This document shows, piece by piece, positions 44,002 to 55,117 of a stretch of 64,000 bases of DNA (its first letter is position 1; every line of letters starts with the position of its first letter). The position numbers and the translations under genes were made by a program. The DNA comes from an uncultured Eubacteriales bacterium (GTDB lineage: Bacteria; Bacillota; Sulfobacillia; UBA995; UBA9673). Under the pieces are notes generated by a model, which searched no databases, was not told the DNA's origin, and was given only the letters and a program-made list of their open reading frames with translations. Location of the stretch: assembly GCA_913063835.1 (NCBI GenBank), contig CAJXZV010000001.1:1366-65365 (forward strand), written 5' to 3'.

Positions 44002-44460
44002 ATGGCCGCGTACGAGAGCGTCTTCATCCTGCGGCCAGACCTCGACCGGGAAGGCGTCGACAAGACCTGTGAACGCGTCGTCGACGTCGTGACCAAGAGC
44101 GGCGGTTCCGTCCTCTCCGTCGAGAAGGTCGGCCTGCGCCGCCTCGCCTACGAGATCGAGCATTTCTCCGACGGGTTCTACGTCATCCTCAACTACGAGG
44201 GAGAGCCGCCCGCAACCCGAGAGCTCGAGCGCTTCTTCAAGATAAGCGACGAGGTCATCCGCTACCTCATCGTCAAGCGGGAGGTGCCCTTCGAGAAGCC
44301 GCAGACGAGGAAGACCAAGGCCTCGGCCGAAGAGACCCCCGGGGACGGCGGGACCGGCAGAGGTGAGGCCGGAGACACCCCGGAGGGCGGTCGGACCGCG
44401 TCCCCCGCAGGAAGCGGCGACCTCCCATCGGGGGCCGAGGCCGCTCCTCCCGGCGAGTGA
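44002..44460 (+). CDS. rpsF: 30S ribosomal protein S6, with an acidic Gly/Pro-rich C-terminal tail
   Basis: MAAYESVFILRPDL, with a GGGAGGAGGTGA RBS upstream. Confidence 0.85.
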   Translation: MAAYESVFILRPDLDREGVDKTCERVVDVVTKSGGSVLSVEKVGLRRLAYEIEHFSDGFYVILNYEGEPPATRELERFFKISDEVIRYLIVKREVPFEKPQTRKTKASAEETPGDGGTGRGEAGDTPEGGRTASPAGSGDLPSGAEAAPPGE

Positions 44461-44516
44461 CCGGCACAGGACAGGGTGGAAGTGTGAGTCGCCTGGTAGG
44501 CTGAGGGGGGAGAGCG

Positions 44517-44927
44517 ATGCTCAACCGGATCGTCCTCATCGGGAGACTCGTTCGCGACCCGGAACTGCGCTACACCCCGAACGGAGTAGCTACCGCGACC
44601 TTCACGCTCGCCGTCGACAGACCTTTCGTCAACCAGAAGGGCGAACGAGAGACCGACTTCATCGACATCGTGACCTGGCGTAAGCTCGCCGAGGTCTGCG
44701 CCAGTCATCTGGGCAAGGGACGCCTGGTGGCCGTGGACGGGAGGCTTCAAATCCGCTCCTACGAGACGTCCGAGGGACAGCGGCGCCGGGTGGCAGAGGT
44801 CGTGGCCCAGGACGTGCGGTTCCTCGACTCGCCCGACCGGAGCCGTGAGGCCTTGGGCGGCGGCCAGTTGTCCCGAGAGGGCTCGTTCGAGGAGGCCGGC
44901 GGGACGGACGAAGACATCCCGTTCTAG
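44517..44927 (+). CDS. ssb: Single-stranded DNA-binding protein
   Basis: OB-fold N-terminus [23 protein letters not shown] and a C-terminal DIPF tail. Confidence 0.9.
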   Translation: MLNRIVLIGRLVRDPELRYTPNGVATATFTLAVDRPFVNQKGERETDFIDIVTWRKLAEVCASHLGKGRLVAVDGRLQIRSYETSEGQRRRVAEVVAQDVRFLDSPDRSREALGGGQLSREGSFEEAGGTDEDIPF

Positions 44928-44992
44928 GCCTCCGGGCCCGGCCTCGGCCTGCCGAGGCCGAGGGGAGCCCCGACGGAAAGGAGAACATCGCC

Positions 44993-45229
44993 GTGGCGAG
45001 ACGAGACAGGAAGGGCCGGCGGCAGCGCCGGCGTGTATGCAGCTTCTGTGTCGACAAGGTGGAGTACATCGATTACAAGGACATAGGCCGCCTCAAGCGT
45101 TACATCAGCGAGCGCGGCAAGATCCTGCCCCGCCGCATCTCCGGCAACTGCGCGAAGCACCAGAGACAGCTCACCACCGCCATCAAGCGGGCCAGGCAGA
45201 TAGCCCTCCTGCCCTACACGGTGGACTAG
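44993..45229 (+). CDS. rpsR: 30S ribosomal protein S18 (GTG start)
   Basis: [53 protein letters not shown]. Confidence 0.9.
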   Translation: MARRDRKGRRQRRRVCSFCVDKVEYIDYKDIGRLKRYISERGKILPRRISGNCAKHQRQLTTAIKRARQIALLPYTVD

Positions 45230-45262
45230 TGGACGAGGTCCTGACGGGTCCGCCCTCCGTCC

Positions 45263-45293
45263 GGACCGGGCCGCAGGGCCTGCGGCCCGGTCC
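45263..45293 (+). terminator. Near-perfect 15-bp-arm GC-rich hairpin between rpsR and rplI (terminator or attenuator)
   Basis: GGACCGGGCCGCAGG-G-CCTGCGGCCCGGTCC. There is no U-tract. Confidence 0.4.
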
Positions 45294-45398
45294 GTCCTAT
45301 GAGGCGGCCCGGGAGGATAAGCAGGGGTCCGGGCGAAGCACTAGCCTTGCCGTCCGGGGCCCCGTGCGGGGGGCCCGTGGGGCGGCACGGCCCAGGGA

Positions 45399-45860
45399 GT
45401 GAAGGCCATGAAGATCGTGCTCGTGCAGAACGTTCCCAAGCTCGGGAAGAGGGGAGAGGTCGTCGCGGTCGCCGACGGCTACGCGAGGAACTACCTTATT
45501 CCCCGGGGGCTGGCCCTCGAGGCCACGCCGGCCAACCTCAAGAGGTTCGAGGCCGAGCAGGCGGCCGCCAAGCGTAGGGCCGAGCGCGAGGCGGCCGAGG
45601 CACAGGCTGCCGCCGAACAGCTCGAGGGACTGCGCCTGACCGTCAAGGCCAAGGCCGGGGAGGAAGGCCGCCTCTTCGGTTCGGTCACGGCCAAGGACAT
45701 CGCCGAGAGCATCAAGGAGGCTACGGGTCTCGACATCGACCGGAAGCGCATCGAGATCGAGGAGCCGCTCAAGGCCTTGGGGGACCACCGCGTCACCGTC
45801 CGTCTGAGCCCGGAGATTGCCCGGGAAATCACGGTCACGGTCGAGGCCCTGGAGGAGTAG
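45399..45860 (+). CDS. rplI: 50S ribosomal protein L9
   Basis: KIVLVQNVPKLGKRGEVVAVADGYARNYLIPRGLA. Confidence 0.9.
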   Translation: MKAMKIVLVQNVPKLGKRGEVVAVADGYARNYLIPRGLALEATPANLKRFEAEQAAAKRRAEREAAEAQAAAEQLEGLRLTVKAKAGEEGRLFGSVTAKDIAESIKEATGLDIDRKRIEIEEPLKALGDHRVTVRLSPEIAREITVTVEALEE

Positions 45861-45893
45861 AGCCGCCCGGAAGGGGCGAGGAGGAACAGGCAG

Positions 45894-47927
45894 ATGAAGT
45901 CCATCCTGGACCGACTGGTCCGGACCGGCACAACGCTGACCAGCAAGTTGGGTGACGCCGAGCAGCTCAAGCGCCGGGTCGACGCCCTGTACGATATCCT
46001 GGCGCACATCCACGGTCCCGAGAAGCTGGTCCTGAGAGCGGGAAAGCTCGACGTCCTCGACGAGATGCATTCCGACGACCTCGCCAGGCGCGTCCTCGCC
46101 CTGAGGCGGCTCGTCTTCGAGGACCCGACCGTCGGCATCCCGCCCAGGCCGGCGGAGATCCCGCTCGTCCTCGAAGAGGTGGAGGATGAGATCGCGGACC
46201 TCGTCGCCAGGCGCTCCGTCGAGGACAAGCTCGAGAAGAAGATCGCCGAACGGATGCAGAAGAGGCACGAGGAGTACGTCAGAGACATCAAGCTCCAGAT
46301 CATCAATGAGGACGTGGGTCCCGAGAACCCGCAGACGCTGAAGAAGCTCCGCTCCCTCGAGAAGCTTGAGAGGCGGAGACTGGCCCGCACGGTCATCGAG
46401 GTGCTGAAGCCCACCAGCCTCTCGGAGATCGTCGGACAGGACGGGGCGGTGAAAGCGCTCCTGGCCAAGATCGCCTGCCCCTTCCCCCAGCACGTCATCC
46501 TCTACGGACCGCCGGGCGTCGGCAAGACGACCGTGGCCAGGCTGGTCCTCGAGGAGGCGCGCCGTCTGCCCTACTCGCCGTTCGGGGCCAAGGCCCCCTT
46601 CGTGGAAGTGGACGGCACGACCCTCCGCTGGGACCCGCGGGAGGCCACGAACCCGCTCCTCGGGTCTGTCCACGACCCTATATACCAGGGGGCGAGGCGC
46701 GAGCTCGCCGAGACCGGCGTGCCAGAACCCAAGCTGGGCCTTGTGACCGAGGCCCATGGCGGCATCCTCTTCATCGACGAGATCGGCGAGCTCGACCCGA
46801 TGCTCATGAGCAAGCTCCTCAAGGTCCTGGAAGACAAGAGGGTGTTCTTCGATTCGTCGTATTACGACCCTGCCGACCCTAATGTGCCGCGCTACGTGAG
46901 GAAGCTCTTCGAGGAGGGCGCACCGGCCGATTTCGTGCTCATCGGGGCGACGACACGCGACCCCTGGTCCATACATCCGGCTCTCCGTTCGCGGTGCGCC
47001 GAGGTCTTCTTCGAGCCCCTGTCCCCAGACGACATCCAGGAGATCGTCCTGGGCGCCTGCCGCAAGCTCAACGTCAGCCTGAGCCGCGAGCTGGCCGAGC
47101 TCATCAGCCACTACACCGTCGAGGGCCGGAAGGCCGTGGGCCTCCTCGCCGACGCCTACGGGCTCGCCTTGTACCGCCGCGGCGGGTCCGGCCTCGTCCA
47201 CGAGTTCGACAGCCGCCGCAAGAGGAAGACCCCGCCGGCCGTCACCATCGAGAGACAGGACATCCTCGACGTCATCCAGACCAGCCGGCTCACCCCGAAC
47301 ACCTCCGTCAAGGCCTCCTCGACCCCGGAGGTCGGGCGGGTCCTCGGCCTGGCCGCCTGCGGCTACCTCGGGACCGTGCTCGAGATAGAGGCCGTCGCCT
47401 TCCCGGCGCGCAAGGAGGGCGAGGGGACGGTCCGCTTCAACGAGACGGCGGGGAGCATGGCCAGGGACTCGGTCCACAACGCGGCGTCGGTGGTGCGGCA
47501 GATGACCGGTGAGGACCTCTCGAGCTACGACGTTCACGTGAACGTCGTGGGAGGCGGTGACATCGACGGGCCGTCGGCCGGCGCGGCCGTCCTCGTGGCC
47601 ATCATCAGCGCCATCAACGGCCACCCGGTCAGGCAGGACACGGCGGTGACGGGCGAGGTCTCCGTGAGAGGGCGGGTGAAGCCTGTGGGAGGCCTCTACC
47701 AGAAGGTCTACGGGGCGCGCCAGGCCGGGGTGACCCGGGTCGTCATCCCGGAGGAGAACAAGGACGACCTCCCGGCCTCCGTCCCGGGTGTCACGGTGGT
47801 CCCCGTGTCGACCATCGAAGAGGTCCTGGACGCGGTCCTTTCGACCGACGGGGGAGCCGACGAGGAAGCCGGGCCGCCGACGGACGGGTCAGCCGCCGCG
47901 GCCGCCGCCGGGAAGGGTCCCTCGTGA
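45894..47927 (+). CDS. Lon-family ATP-dependent protease lacking the LonA N-domain (sporulation LonC/LonB type)
   Basis: Walker A GPPGVGKTT and the S16 catalytic Ser motif DGPSAG. Its position between rplI and dnaB is typical of spore-former LonC. Confidence 0.75.
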   Translation: MKSILDRLVRTGTTLTSKLGDAEQLKRRVDALYDILAHIHGPEKLVLRAGKLDVLDEMHSDDLARRVLALRRLVFEDPTVGIPPRPAEIPLVLEEVEDEIADLVARRSVEDKLEKKIAERMQKRHEEYVRDIKLQIINEDVGPENPQTLKKLRSLEKLERRRLARTVIEVLKPTSLSEIVGQDGAVKALLAKIACPFPQHVILYGPPGVGKTTVARLVLEEARRLPYSPFGAKAPFVEVDGTTLRWDPREATNPLLGSVHDPIYQGARRELAETGVPEPKLGLVTEAHGGILFIDEIGELDPMLMSKLLKVLEDKRVFFDSSYYDPADPNVPRYVRKLFEEGAPADFVLIGATTRDPWSIHPALRSRCAEVFFEPLSPDDIQEIVLGACRKLNVSLSRELAELISHYTVEGRKAVGLLADAYGLALYRRGGSGLVHEFDSRRKRKTPPAVTIERQDILDVIQTSRLTPNTSVKASSTPEVGRVLGLAACGYLGTVLEIEAVAFPARKEGEGTVRFNETAGSMARDSVHNAASVVRQMTGEDLSSYDVHVNVVGGGDIDGPSAGAAVLVAIISAINGHPVRQDTAVTGEVSVRGRVKPVGGLYQKVYGARQAGVTRVVIPEENKDDLPASVPGVTVVPVSTIEEVLDAVLSTDGGADEEAGPPTDGSAAAAAAGKGPS

Positions 47928-49381
47928 GTGTCCCCGCCGACCGTCTGCCCCCGCAGAACATAGAAGCCGAACAGTCGGTCCTGGGGTCGATTCTCATCGA
48001 CCGGGACGCCATCCCGACGGCCATGGACGTGCTCCGTCCGGAAGACTTCTACCAGGACGTCCATCGCATCATCTTCAAGGCCGTCCTGCGTCTTTACGAC
48101 GACAACCGGCCTGTGGACGTCGTGACCCTGACCGAAGAGCTCAGGCGGTCGGGGGAGCTCGAGCGCGTCGGCGGGCTGACCTATCTGAGCACGTTGGCCC
48201 GGACGGTGCCCACGGCGGCCAACATCCGGCACTACGCGAACATCGTCGCCTCCAAGGCCATGCTGAGAGACCTCATCTCCGCCGGGACCAGGATCGTCAC
48301 CGACGCCTACGAGTCGGCCGAGGAGCCCCGTGAGATCCTGGACAGGGCGGAGCAGATGATCTTCGACATCGCCCAGCACCAGATAAGAAAGCCCTACACG
48401 GCCCTCAAGGACCTTCTGGTGAAAGCCTACGAGCGGCTCGACCGCCTCTACGGGACCCGCTCCCCGGTCACGGGAATCCCGACCGGCTACCCCGACCTCG
48501 ACGCCATCACCGCGGGTCTGCAGCCGTCGGACCTGGTCATCCTCGCCGGAAGGCCCTCACAGGGGAAGACGACCCTGGCCGTGAACATCGCCCGGAACGC
48601 CGCCGTGCTCTACGAGCTGCCGGTCGGGTTCTTCAGCCTGGAGATGTCTGCCGACCAGCTGGCCCTCCGCTTCCTCGCGTCGGAAGGGTCGCTCGACGCC
48701 CACCGCCTGAGGTCCGGCATCCTGGCCGAGGCGGACTTCGGCAAGATATCCGACGCCATGGGGCGCCTCGGTGAGGCTCCCATCTTCATCGACGACTCTT
48801 CCAGCCTCTCCGTGCTCGAGCTGCGGGCCAGAGCCAGACGGATGAAGAGGGACCATGACATCCAGCTCCTCGTCATCGACTACCTCCAGCTCATGCGTGG
48901 CAACCCTAGGAGTGAGAACAGACAGCAGGAGATATCGGAGATCTCCCGCGCCCTGAAGGCGCTCGCGCGGGAGCTCGATGTGCCCGTTCTGGCCCTCTCC
49001 CAGCTCAGCCGGGAGGTCGAGAAGCGTCCTTCACGGAGACCCCTGCTGTCCGACCTCCGGGAATCAGGGGCCATCGAGCAGGACGCCGACGTCGTGGTCT
49101 TCATCCATTTCCCACAGGAGAAGGAGGTCTGTGTCGACCTCAACGGGCGGGAGGTGCGGGTGGTCGTCGAGGCCGACGACAGGGGCCTCGGACGGAAGAC
49201 CAAGCTAGAGGCGCGCCGGAACGGCAGGTCGCTGGGGACCTACACCCTTGACAGGGACGTGATGTTCGCCGAACTCATCATCGCCAAACAGCGCAACGGC
49301 CCGACCGGGTCGGTGTTCCTCACCTTCCTCCGGCGGTTCGGCCGGTTCGCCTCCATCGCCCTGGAGAGGGAGGCTTCCTGA
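47924..49381 (+). CDS. dnaB: Replicative DNA helicase DnaB (DnaC in B. subtilis nomenclature)
   Basis: PPQNIEAEQSVLGSIL, Walker A GRPSQGKTT, SQLSR, and IIAKQRNGPTG. Confidence 0.9.
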   Translation: MSVPADRLPPQNIEAEQSVLGSILIDRDAIPTAMDVLRPEDFYQDVHRIIFKAVLRLYDDNRPVDVVTLTEELRRSGELERVGGLTYLSTLARTVPTAANIRHYANIVASKAMLRDLISAGTRIVTDAYESAEEPREILDRAEQMIFDIAQHQIRKPYTALKDLLVKAYERLDRLYGTRSPVTGIPTGYPDLDAITAGLQPSDLVILAGRPSQGKTTLAVNIARNAAVLYELPVGFFSLEMSADQLALRFLASEGSLDAHRLRSGILAEADFGKISDAMGRLGEAPIFIDDSSSLSVLELRARARRMKRDHDIQLLVIDYLQLMRGNPRSENRQQEISEISRALKALARELDVPVLALSQLSREVEKRPSRRPLLSDLRESGAIEQDADVVVFIHFPQEKEVCVDLNGREVRVVVEADDRGLGRKTKLEARRNGRSLGTYTLDRDVMFAELIIAKQRNGPTGSVFLTFLRRFGRFASIALEREAS

Positions 49382-49445
49382 GACGAGCGCGGAGGCGAGT
49401 GGGACGGTGCCGAGGGGCGTCGCGACACGGTCGGGCCGACTCGGG

Positions 49446-49454
49446 TGGTAGAAT
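49446..49454 (+). promoter_or_regulatory. Extended -10 element TGgTAGAAT upstream of the 126-aa hypothetical gene
   Basis: Read directly. Followed by GGGAAGGAG SD and ATG at 49527. Confidence 0.4.
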
Positions 49455-49526
49455 AGCGGGCGAATGGGTCGCCCTCCGCGTGTGACCGGGACCGCCCGTG
49501 GGTCCGGGAAGGAGTGAAGGGTCTGG

Positions 49527-49907
49527 ATGCCTGGTTTCATCGGTGAGGAAATCGAGCCCGTCTTCAAGGAAGAGCCCGAGCTGGAGAAGAAGACCGGCGT
49601 TCCGGACGGGTTCAAGTGGCGCGGCCGGGAGTACGCCGTCACCCGCGTCATCAAGGAGTGGCACGAGTACGACCATCCCCGGCCCGGGGGCGGCTGGGAC
49701 GCCGGGCGCCCGCCCTTCGGAGCCCGGGCTCCCATGAGGCGGGGCTCGTGGGGGGTCGGGAAGGATTTCTACCGCGTGATGACCGACGACGGCCGGCTGG
49801 TCGACATCTACTACGACCGGCGGCCGAAGGGGCGCAAGAAGGGCCGCTGGGTCATCCTCCGCGAGCTGGGCGGGACCGGGGCCGGCCGGGGTTCCTCTAA
49901 GACGTGA
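49527..49907 (+). CDS. Hypothetical 126-aa basic protein
   Basis: Good RBS and its own promoter. No family recognised (FKWRGREYAVTRVIKEW...GRWVILRE). Confidence 0.5.
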   Translation: MPGFIGEEIEPVFKEEPELEKKTGVPDGFKWRGREYAVTRVIKEWHEYDHPRPGGGWDAGRPPFGARAPMRRGSWGVGKDFYRVMTDDGRLVDIYYDRRPKGRKKGRWVILRELGGTGAGRGSSKT

Positions 49908-50538
49908 ACCTGTGGTCGCCGATGGTGACCTTATGAGGCCGGCGCCAGAGGAAGGCGTTGGAGGTCTTGGCCGGGTTGAAGAAGTAGAGGGCCCCTCCGG
50001 TCGGGTCCTCGCCGGCCGCGGCCGCCCGGGCGGCCTTCAGGGCCGTCTCGGTCGGCTCTGTGTTTATGTGGCCGTTGGCCACCGGTTCGAACTGCCCGGG
50101 CTGGTATATGACGGCCCGGACGGAATCCGGGAAGCTCTTGCTCCTCATGCGGTTCATCACCACCGCGCCCACAGCCACCTGCCCCGCGTAGGGCTGTCCG
50201 CGCGCCTCGGCCGTGATGAGCCGGGCCAGGAGACGGATGTCGCTCTCGCTCAGCCGAGACTCCGGCGGGTCGGGGTTCCCCTCGGCGGTCTCCGCGGCTC
50301 CGGACGGACCGAGGCCCGCGGGGGCCGGTTCAGGGGAGACGGCGACAGGCGGCTCGGCCGCCTGCGGGCCGGCGGCAAGCCCGACGACGCCCCCCGCGGC
50401 GGAGGCGAGAACCAGGGCCGCGAGGAGGACAAAGGCCGCCGCCCTGCGAATTTCGAAGCCTTCGGTCGAAGTCGGGGTCAGGGTGTGGACGATGGCTCGC
50501 ACCGGTTCCACCACCTTCCTCTCAGGGGCTTGTCGCAC
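49897..50538 (-). CDS. sleB: SleB/CwlJ-family cell-wall (spore cortex) hydrolase
   Basis: LLARLITAEARGQPYAGQVAVGAVVMNR...ALYFFNP hydrolase-2 domain motifs. Also an N-terminal TM or signal segment. Confidence 0.7.
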   Translation of the reverse strand: MRQAPERKVVEPVRAIVHTLTPTSTEGFEIRRAAAFVLLAALVLASAAGGVVGLAAGPQAAEPPVAVSPEPAPAGLGPSGAAETAEGNPDPPESRLSESDIRLLARLITAEARGQPYAGQVAVGAVVMNRMRSKSFPDSVRAVIYQPGQFEPVANGHINTEPTETALKAARAAAAGEDPTGGALYFFNPAKTSNAFLWRRPHKVTIGDHRFTS

Positions 50539-50636
50539 GTCCCGGCATGCGTCCTCGAGCCTACAGGAGACGAAGGGGCCGCGTCAAGGAAAGCACGGTG
50601 CCATCTGCTGGACTCCGAAGGTGGGGTTGGAGGCAA

Positions 50637-51872
50637 GTGAAGGACGAACCTGGGCGGCCCTTCCGTTCCAGGGTGGCCATTCAGCGGTGTGAAGACTACG
50701 AGCCGGAACGGGTCGAGGAGGCCGTCCGCACGGCGGTCGCGCTGTGCCTCGAAGGCCGGTCCCTCGACCTCGGCGAAGGGTCCGTTCTGGTCAAGCCCAA
50801 CGTCCTGGCTCCGCGCCCGCCCGAGGACGGCGTGTGCACCCACCCCGCGGTCGTCTCCGCCGTCCTCGCCGTCCTCCGGGAGGCCGGCGCCACGGAGCTC
50901 GTGGTCGGGGACAGTTCCGGCGGGACCGGGGTGCGGCCGGACGTCACCGACCGCTCCCTCGAGGCCTCAGGCATCGCCGAGGCCGCGGCATCGGCCGGCG
51001 CCCGGGTGGTCGCCTTCGACCGCGAGGAACCGGTCCTGGTCCCCAACCCGAGAGGCCCCGGCGAGGCCCCGCTCGCCCTCTCCAGGGTCGCCGTCGAGGC
51101 CGGCTGCCTCGTGTCCCTGCCCAAGCTCAAGACCCACACCCTCACCCTGCTCACCGGGGCGGTGAAGAACCTCTTCGGGACCGTGCCCGGCGGGGCCAAG
51201 CGGGAGTACCACCGCCGCAACCCGTCCGTCGAGTCGTTCTCGAACCTCCTCCTCGACATCGTGGAGCTTCTCAAGCCGGTCCTTCACGTCGTCGACGCGG
51301 TCGAGGCGATGCAAGGGAGCGGCCCCAGCGCGGGGTCCGTGCGGCGGGTCGGCCTCATCGTCGCCGGGACGGACCCGGTGGCGGTCGATGCCGTTCTGGC
51401 GGCGGTCATGGGGGTCGGCCCGGCGGAAGTCCCGACGACACGGCTCGGTGCGGCCCGCGGCCTCGGAGAGGCCGACCTCGACCGCATCGAGGTCGTCGGG
51501 GTGCCGCTCTCCGAAGCCCGCGTGCCCGGGTTCCGCCTCCCGCCGGGGGCGAGGCTCATCTCACACCTCCCGCCCGGGCTGACGCGCTGGGCCGTGTCCC
51601 TGGCCACGACGCGGCCGGCCTTCATCGCCGGCAGGTGCACCGGATGCGGCCAGTGCGTGAAGAACTGTCCGGTCGACGCCCTGAGCCTGACCGGGGGCGT
51701 GCCCGAGCTGTCGAGCGAGAAGTGCATCGGCTGTTTCTGCTGTCACGAACTCTGTCCCAGCCAGGCCGTTTCCATCAGGTACAGACACCCCCTCACCAAC
51801 CTCCTCTTGAGACCTGACCGCGGAGCCCCCTTCCGGTCGACAGGGGCGGGGCGGCGACGGCGTCGGACGTGA
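50637..51872 (+). CDS. DUF362 protein with a C-terminal 2x[4Fe-4S] ferredoxin domain
   Basis: CTGCGQCVKNCP and CIGCFCCHELCP cysteine clusters. DUF362 core VAIQRCEDY..VKPN. Confidence 0.65.
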   Translation: MKDEPGRPFRSRVAIQRCEDYEPERVEEAVRTAVALCLEGRSLDLGEGSVLVKPNVLAPRPPEDGVCTHPAVVSAVLAVLREAGATELVVGDSSGGTGVRPDVTDRSLEASGIAEAAASAGARVVAFDREEPVLVPNPRGPGEAPLALSRVAVEAGCLVSLPKLKTHTLTLLTGAVKNLFGTVPGGAKREYHRRNPSVESFSNLLLDIVELLKPVLHVVDAVEAMQGSGPSAGSVRRVGLIVAGTDPVAVDAVLAAVMGVGPAEVPTTRLGAARGLGEADLDRIEVVGVPLSEARVPGFRLPPGARLISHLPPGLTRWAVSLATTRPAFIAGRCTGCGQCVKNCPVDALSLTGGVPELSSEKCIGCFCCHELCPSQAVSIRYRHPLTNLLLRPDRGAPFRSTGAGRRRRRT

Positions 51873-51885
51873 GCCGGCCCGAGAA

Positions 51886-51915
51886 GAAGACCCCGGCCGT
51901 GCGGCCGGGGTCTTC
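51886..51915. terminator. Bidirectional hairpin terminator between the DUF362 gene and groEL
   Basis: GAAGACCCCGGCC-GTGC-GGCCGGGGTCTTC perfect inverted repeat. Confidence 0.6.
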
Positions 51916-51956
51916 CATCGGGTCTCCGCCTTCCTTCGGCCGGAGCCGAGCGGGGC

Positions 51957-53645
<1,689 letters not shown>

Positions 53646-53930
53646 CTAGCCCTTGACGGCCAGGATGTCGCTCTCGCGCATGATGAGGTACTCCTCACCG
53701 TCGAGCTTGACCTCGGTCCCCCCGTAACGGCTGAAGATGACCTTGTCGCCCTTCTTCACCTCGGGCTCGACCTTCTGACCGTTGTCGAGGGTGCGGCCCG
53801 GTCCGACGGCGATGACCTCGCCCACCTGGGGCTTGTCCTTGGCCGTGTCCGGCAGGACGATGCCGCCGGGGGTCTTCTCTTCCTCCTCGATGACCTTTAT
53901 CACGACCCGGTCGGCAAGCGGCTTCAGCAT
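53646..53930 (-). CDS. groS: Co-chaperonin GroES
   Basis: [44 protein letters not shown]. Confidence 0.9.
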   Translation of the reverse strand: MLKPLADRVVIKVIEEEEKTPGGIVLPDTAKDKPQVGEVIAVGPGRTLDNGQKVEPEVKKGDKVIFSRYGGTEVKLDGEEYLIMRESDILAVKG

Positions 53931-54016
53931 GCGCTTCCCTCCTTTCGACACCTCCGGGGGCGGCCGGAGAGGCAGTCGGTCCGGCCTGCCCCCCTGAACC
54001 GAGTCCATGCGAATTG

Positions 54017-54043
54017 TTAGCACTCGGGGTTGCCGAGTGCCAA
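54017..54043. promoter_or_regulatory. CIRCE element (HrcA operator) upstream of groES
   Basis: TTAGCACTC-N9-GAGTGCCAA matches the TTAGCACTC-N9-GAGTGCTAA consensus. Confidence 0.8.
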
Positions 54044-54152
54044 GGGTATCTTAGCAACAGGCCTTCCAGATTGTCAACTCTCTCTCTCCGAAGGAAGGGC
54101 GGGGCAGACGGGGGAAGGATACCCTCGAGGGACGGGAAGGCCGGGTGGAGTC

Positions 54153-54986
54153 ATGGGCAGGGCGAGAGGGTGCGGCCCGTCTCCGGGAGAGAGCGAAGCC
54201 GCTGGGAACGCGTCCAGACCCTATTCGGAGTTCGCGGCCATCTACGACGCCGTGATGCGGGACGTGGCCTACGAGATGTGGGCCGACTACATCGAGGAGG
54301 TCTGCCGCCGGCACGGTCTCCGCCCCGAGACCGTCCTCGACGTGGCCTGCGGGACCGGCAGTTCGACCCTCCCCTTGGCCCGGCGCGGCCTGCGTGCGGC
54401 CGGGGTGGACATCTCCCCGGAGATGCTCGCCATCGCCCGGGCCAAGGCCGAGGCCTTGGGACTCGAGGTGGAGTTCGTGCGGCAGGACATGCGTCGTCTC
54501 CGGACCGACAGGCTCAGGACCGGCCCGACCTTCGACCTTGTGACATGCCTTTATGACAGCATCAACTACCTGACCGACCCCCGCGACATCGAGGAGGCCT
54601 TCTGCCGTTTTCACGCCGCCCTGCGGCCGGGGGGGCTCCTCGTCTTCGACGTCAACTCGGCGAAGCGGCTCTCCCAGATGAGCCAGACCACGCTCTTCAT
54701 GGAGGGGCCGGACTGGGCCTTCATCGGGCAGAACTCCTACGACCCCGCAGGGTGCATCTGGACCATAACCGTGACGGGTTTCGTCCGCCGGCGGGGCGAA
54801 CTCTACCGGCGGTTCCGTGAGGTGCACCGCGAGAGGGCCTACAGCCTCGAAGAGGTCGGGCGCCTTCTCCGCCGGGCCGGCTTTGACCTCCTCGCGGCCT
54901 ACAAGGCCTTCGGGTTCGAACCGGCCGACGAGGAGACGGCCCGCATATACTTCGTGGCCCGGAGGCCGGCGGATGGGAGCTGTTGA
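54153..54986 (+). CDS. Class I SAM-dependent methyltransferase
   Basis: VLDVACGTGSSTL motif I and LLVFDVN. Confidence 0.7.
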   Translation: MGRARGCGPSPGESEAAGNASRPYSEFAAIYDAVMRDVAYEMWADYIEEVCRRHGLRPETVLDVACGTGSSTLPLARRGLRAAGVDISPEMLAIARAKAEALGLEVEFVRQDMRRLRTDRLRTGPTFDLVTCLYDSINYLTDPRDIEEAFCRFHAALRPGGLLVFDVNSAKRLSQMSQTTLFMEGPDWAFIGQNSYDPAGCIWTITVTGFVRRRGELYRRFREVHRERAYSLEEVGRLLRRAGFDLLAAYKAFGFEPADEETARIYFVARRPADGSC

Positions 54987-55117
54987 CCCTGCGAGACGGC
55001 CTCTGCTATATTGAACACGCTTCTCGGGGCCCGCCCGCCCGTCGCTCTCCGTCGAAAGGCTCCGAGCAGGCGAGCATGCCGGCCTGGCGGACAGGCCGGT
55101 CACGTCCGCCGGAGGCG

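Noticed and set aside
45297-47624. 775-aa minus-strand ORF antisense to the Lon-family gene
   Set aside because: Antisense artefact. The plus-strand protein has clear AAA+ and S16 motifs.
47924-49381. A possible intein in DnaB, which is 485 aa against the usual roughly 450
   Set aside because: The extra roughly 20-30 residues before IIAKQRNGP have no intein block motifs (no C/S...HN splice junctions) and are far too short.
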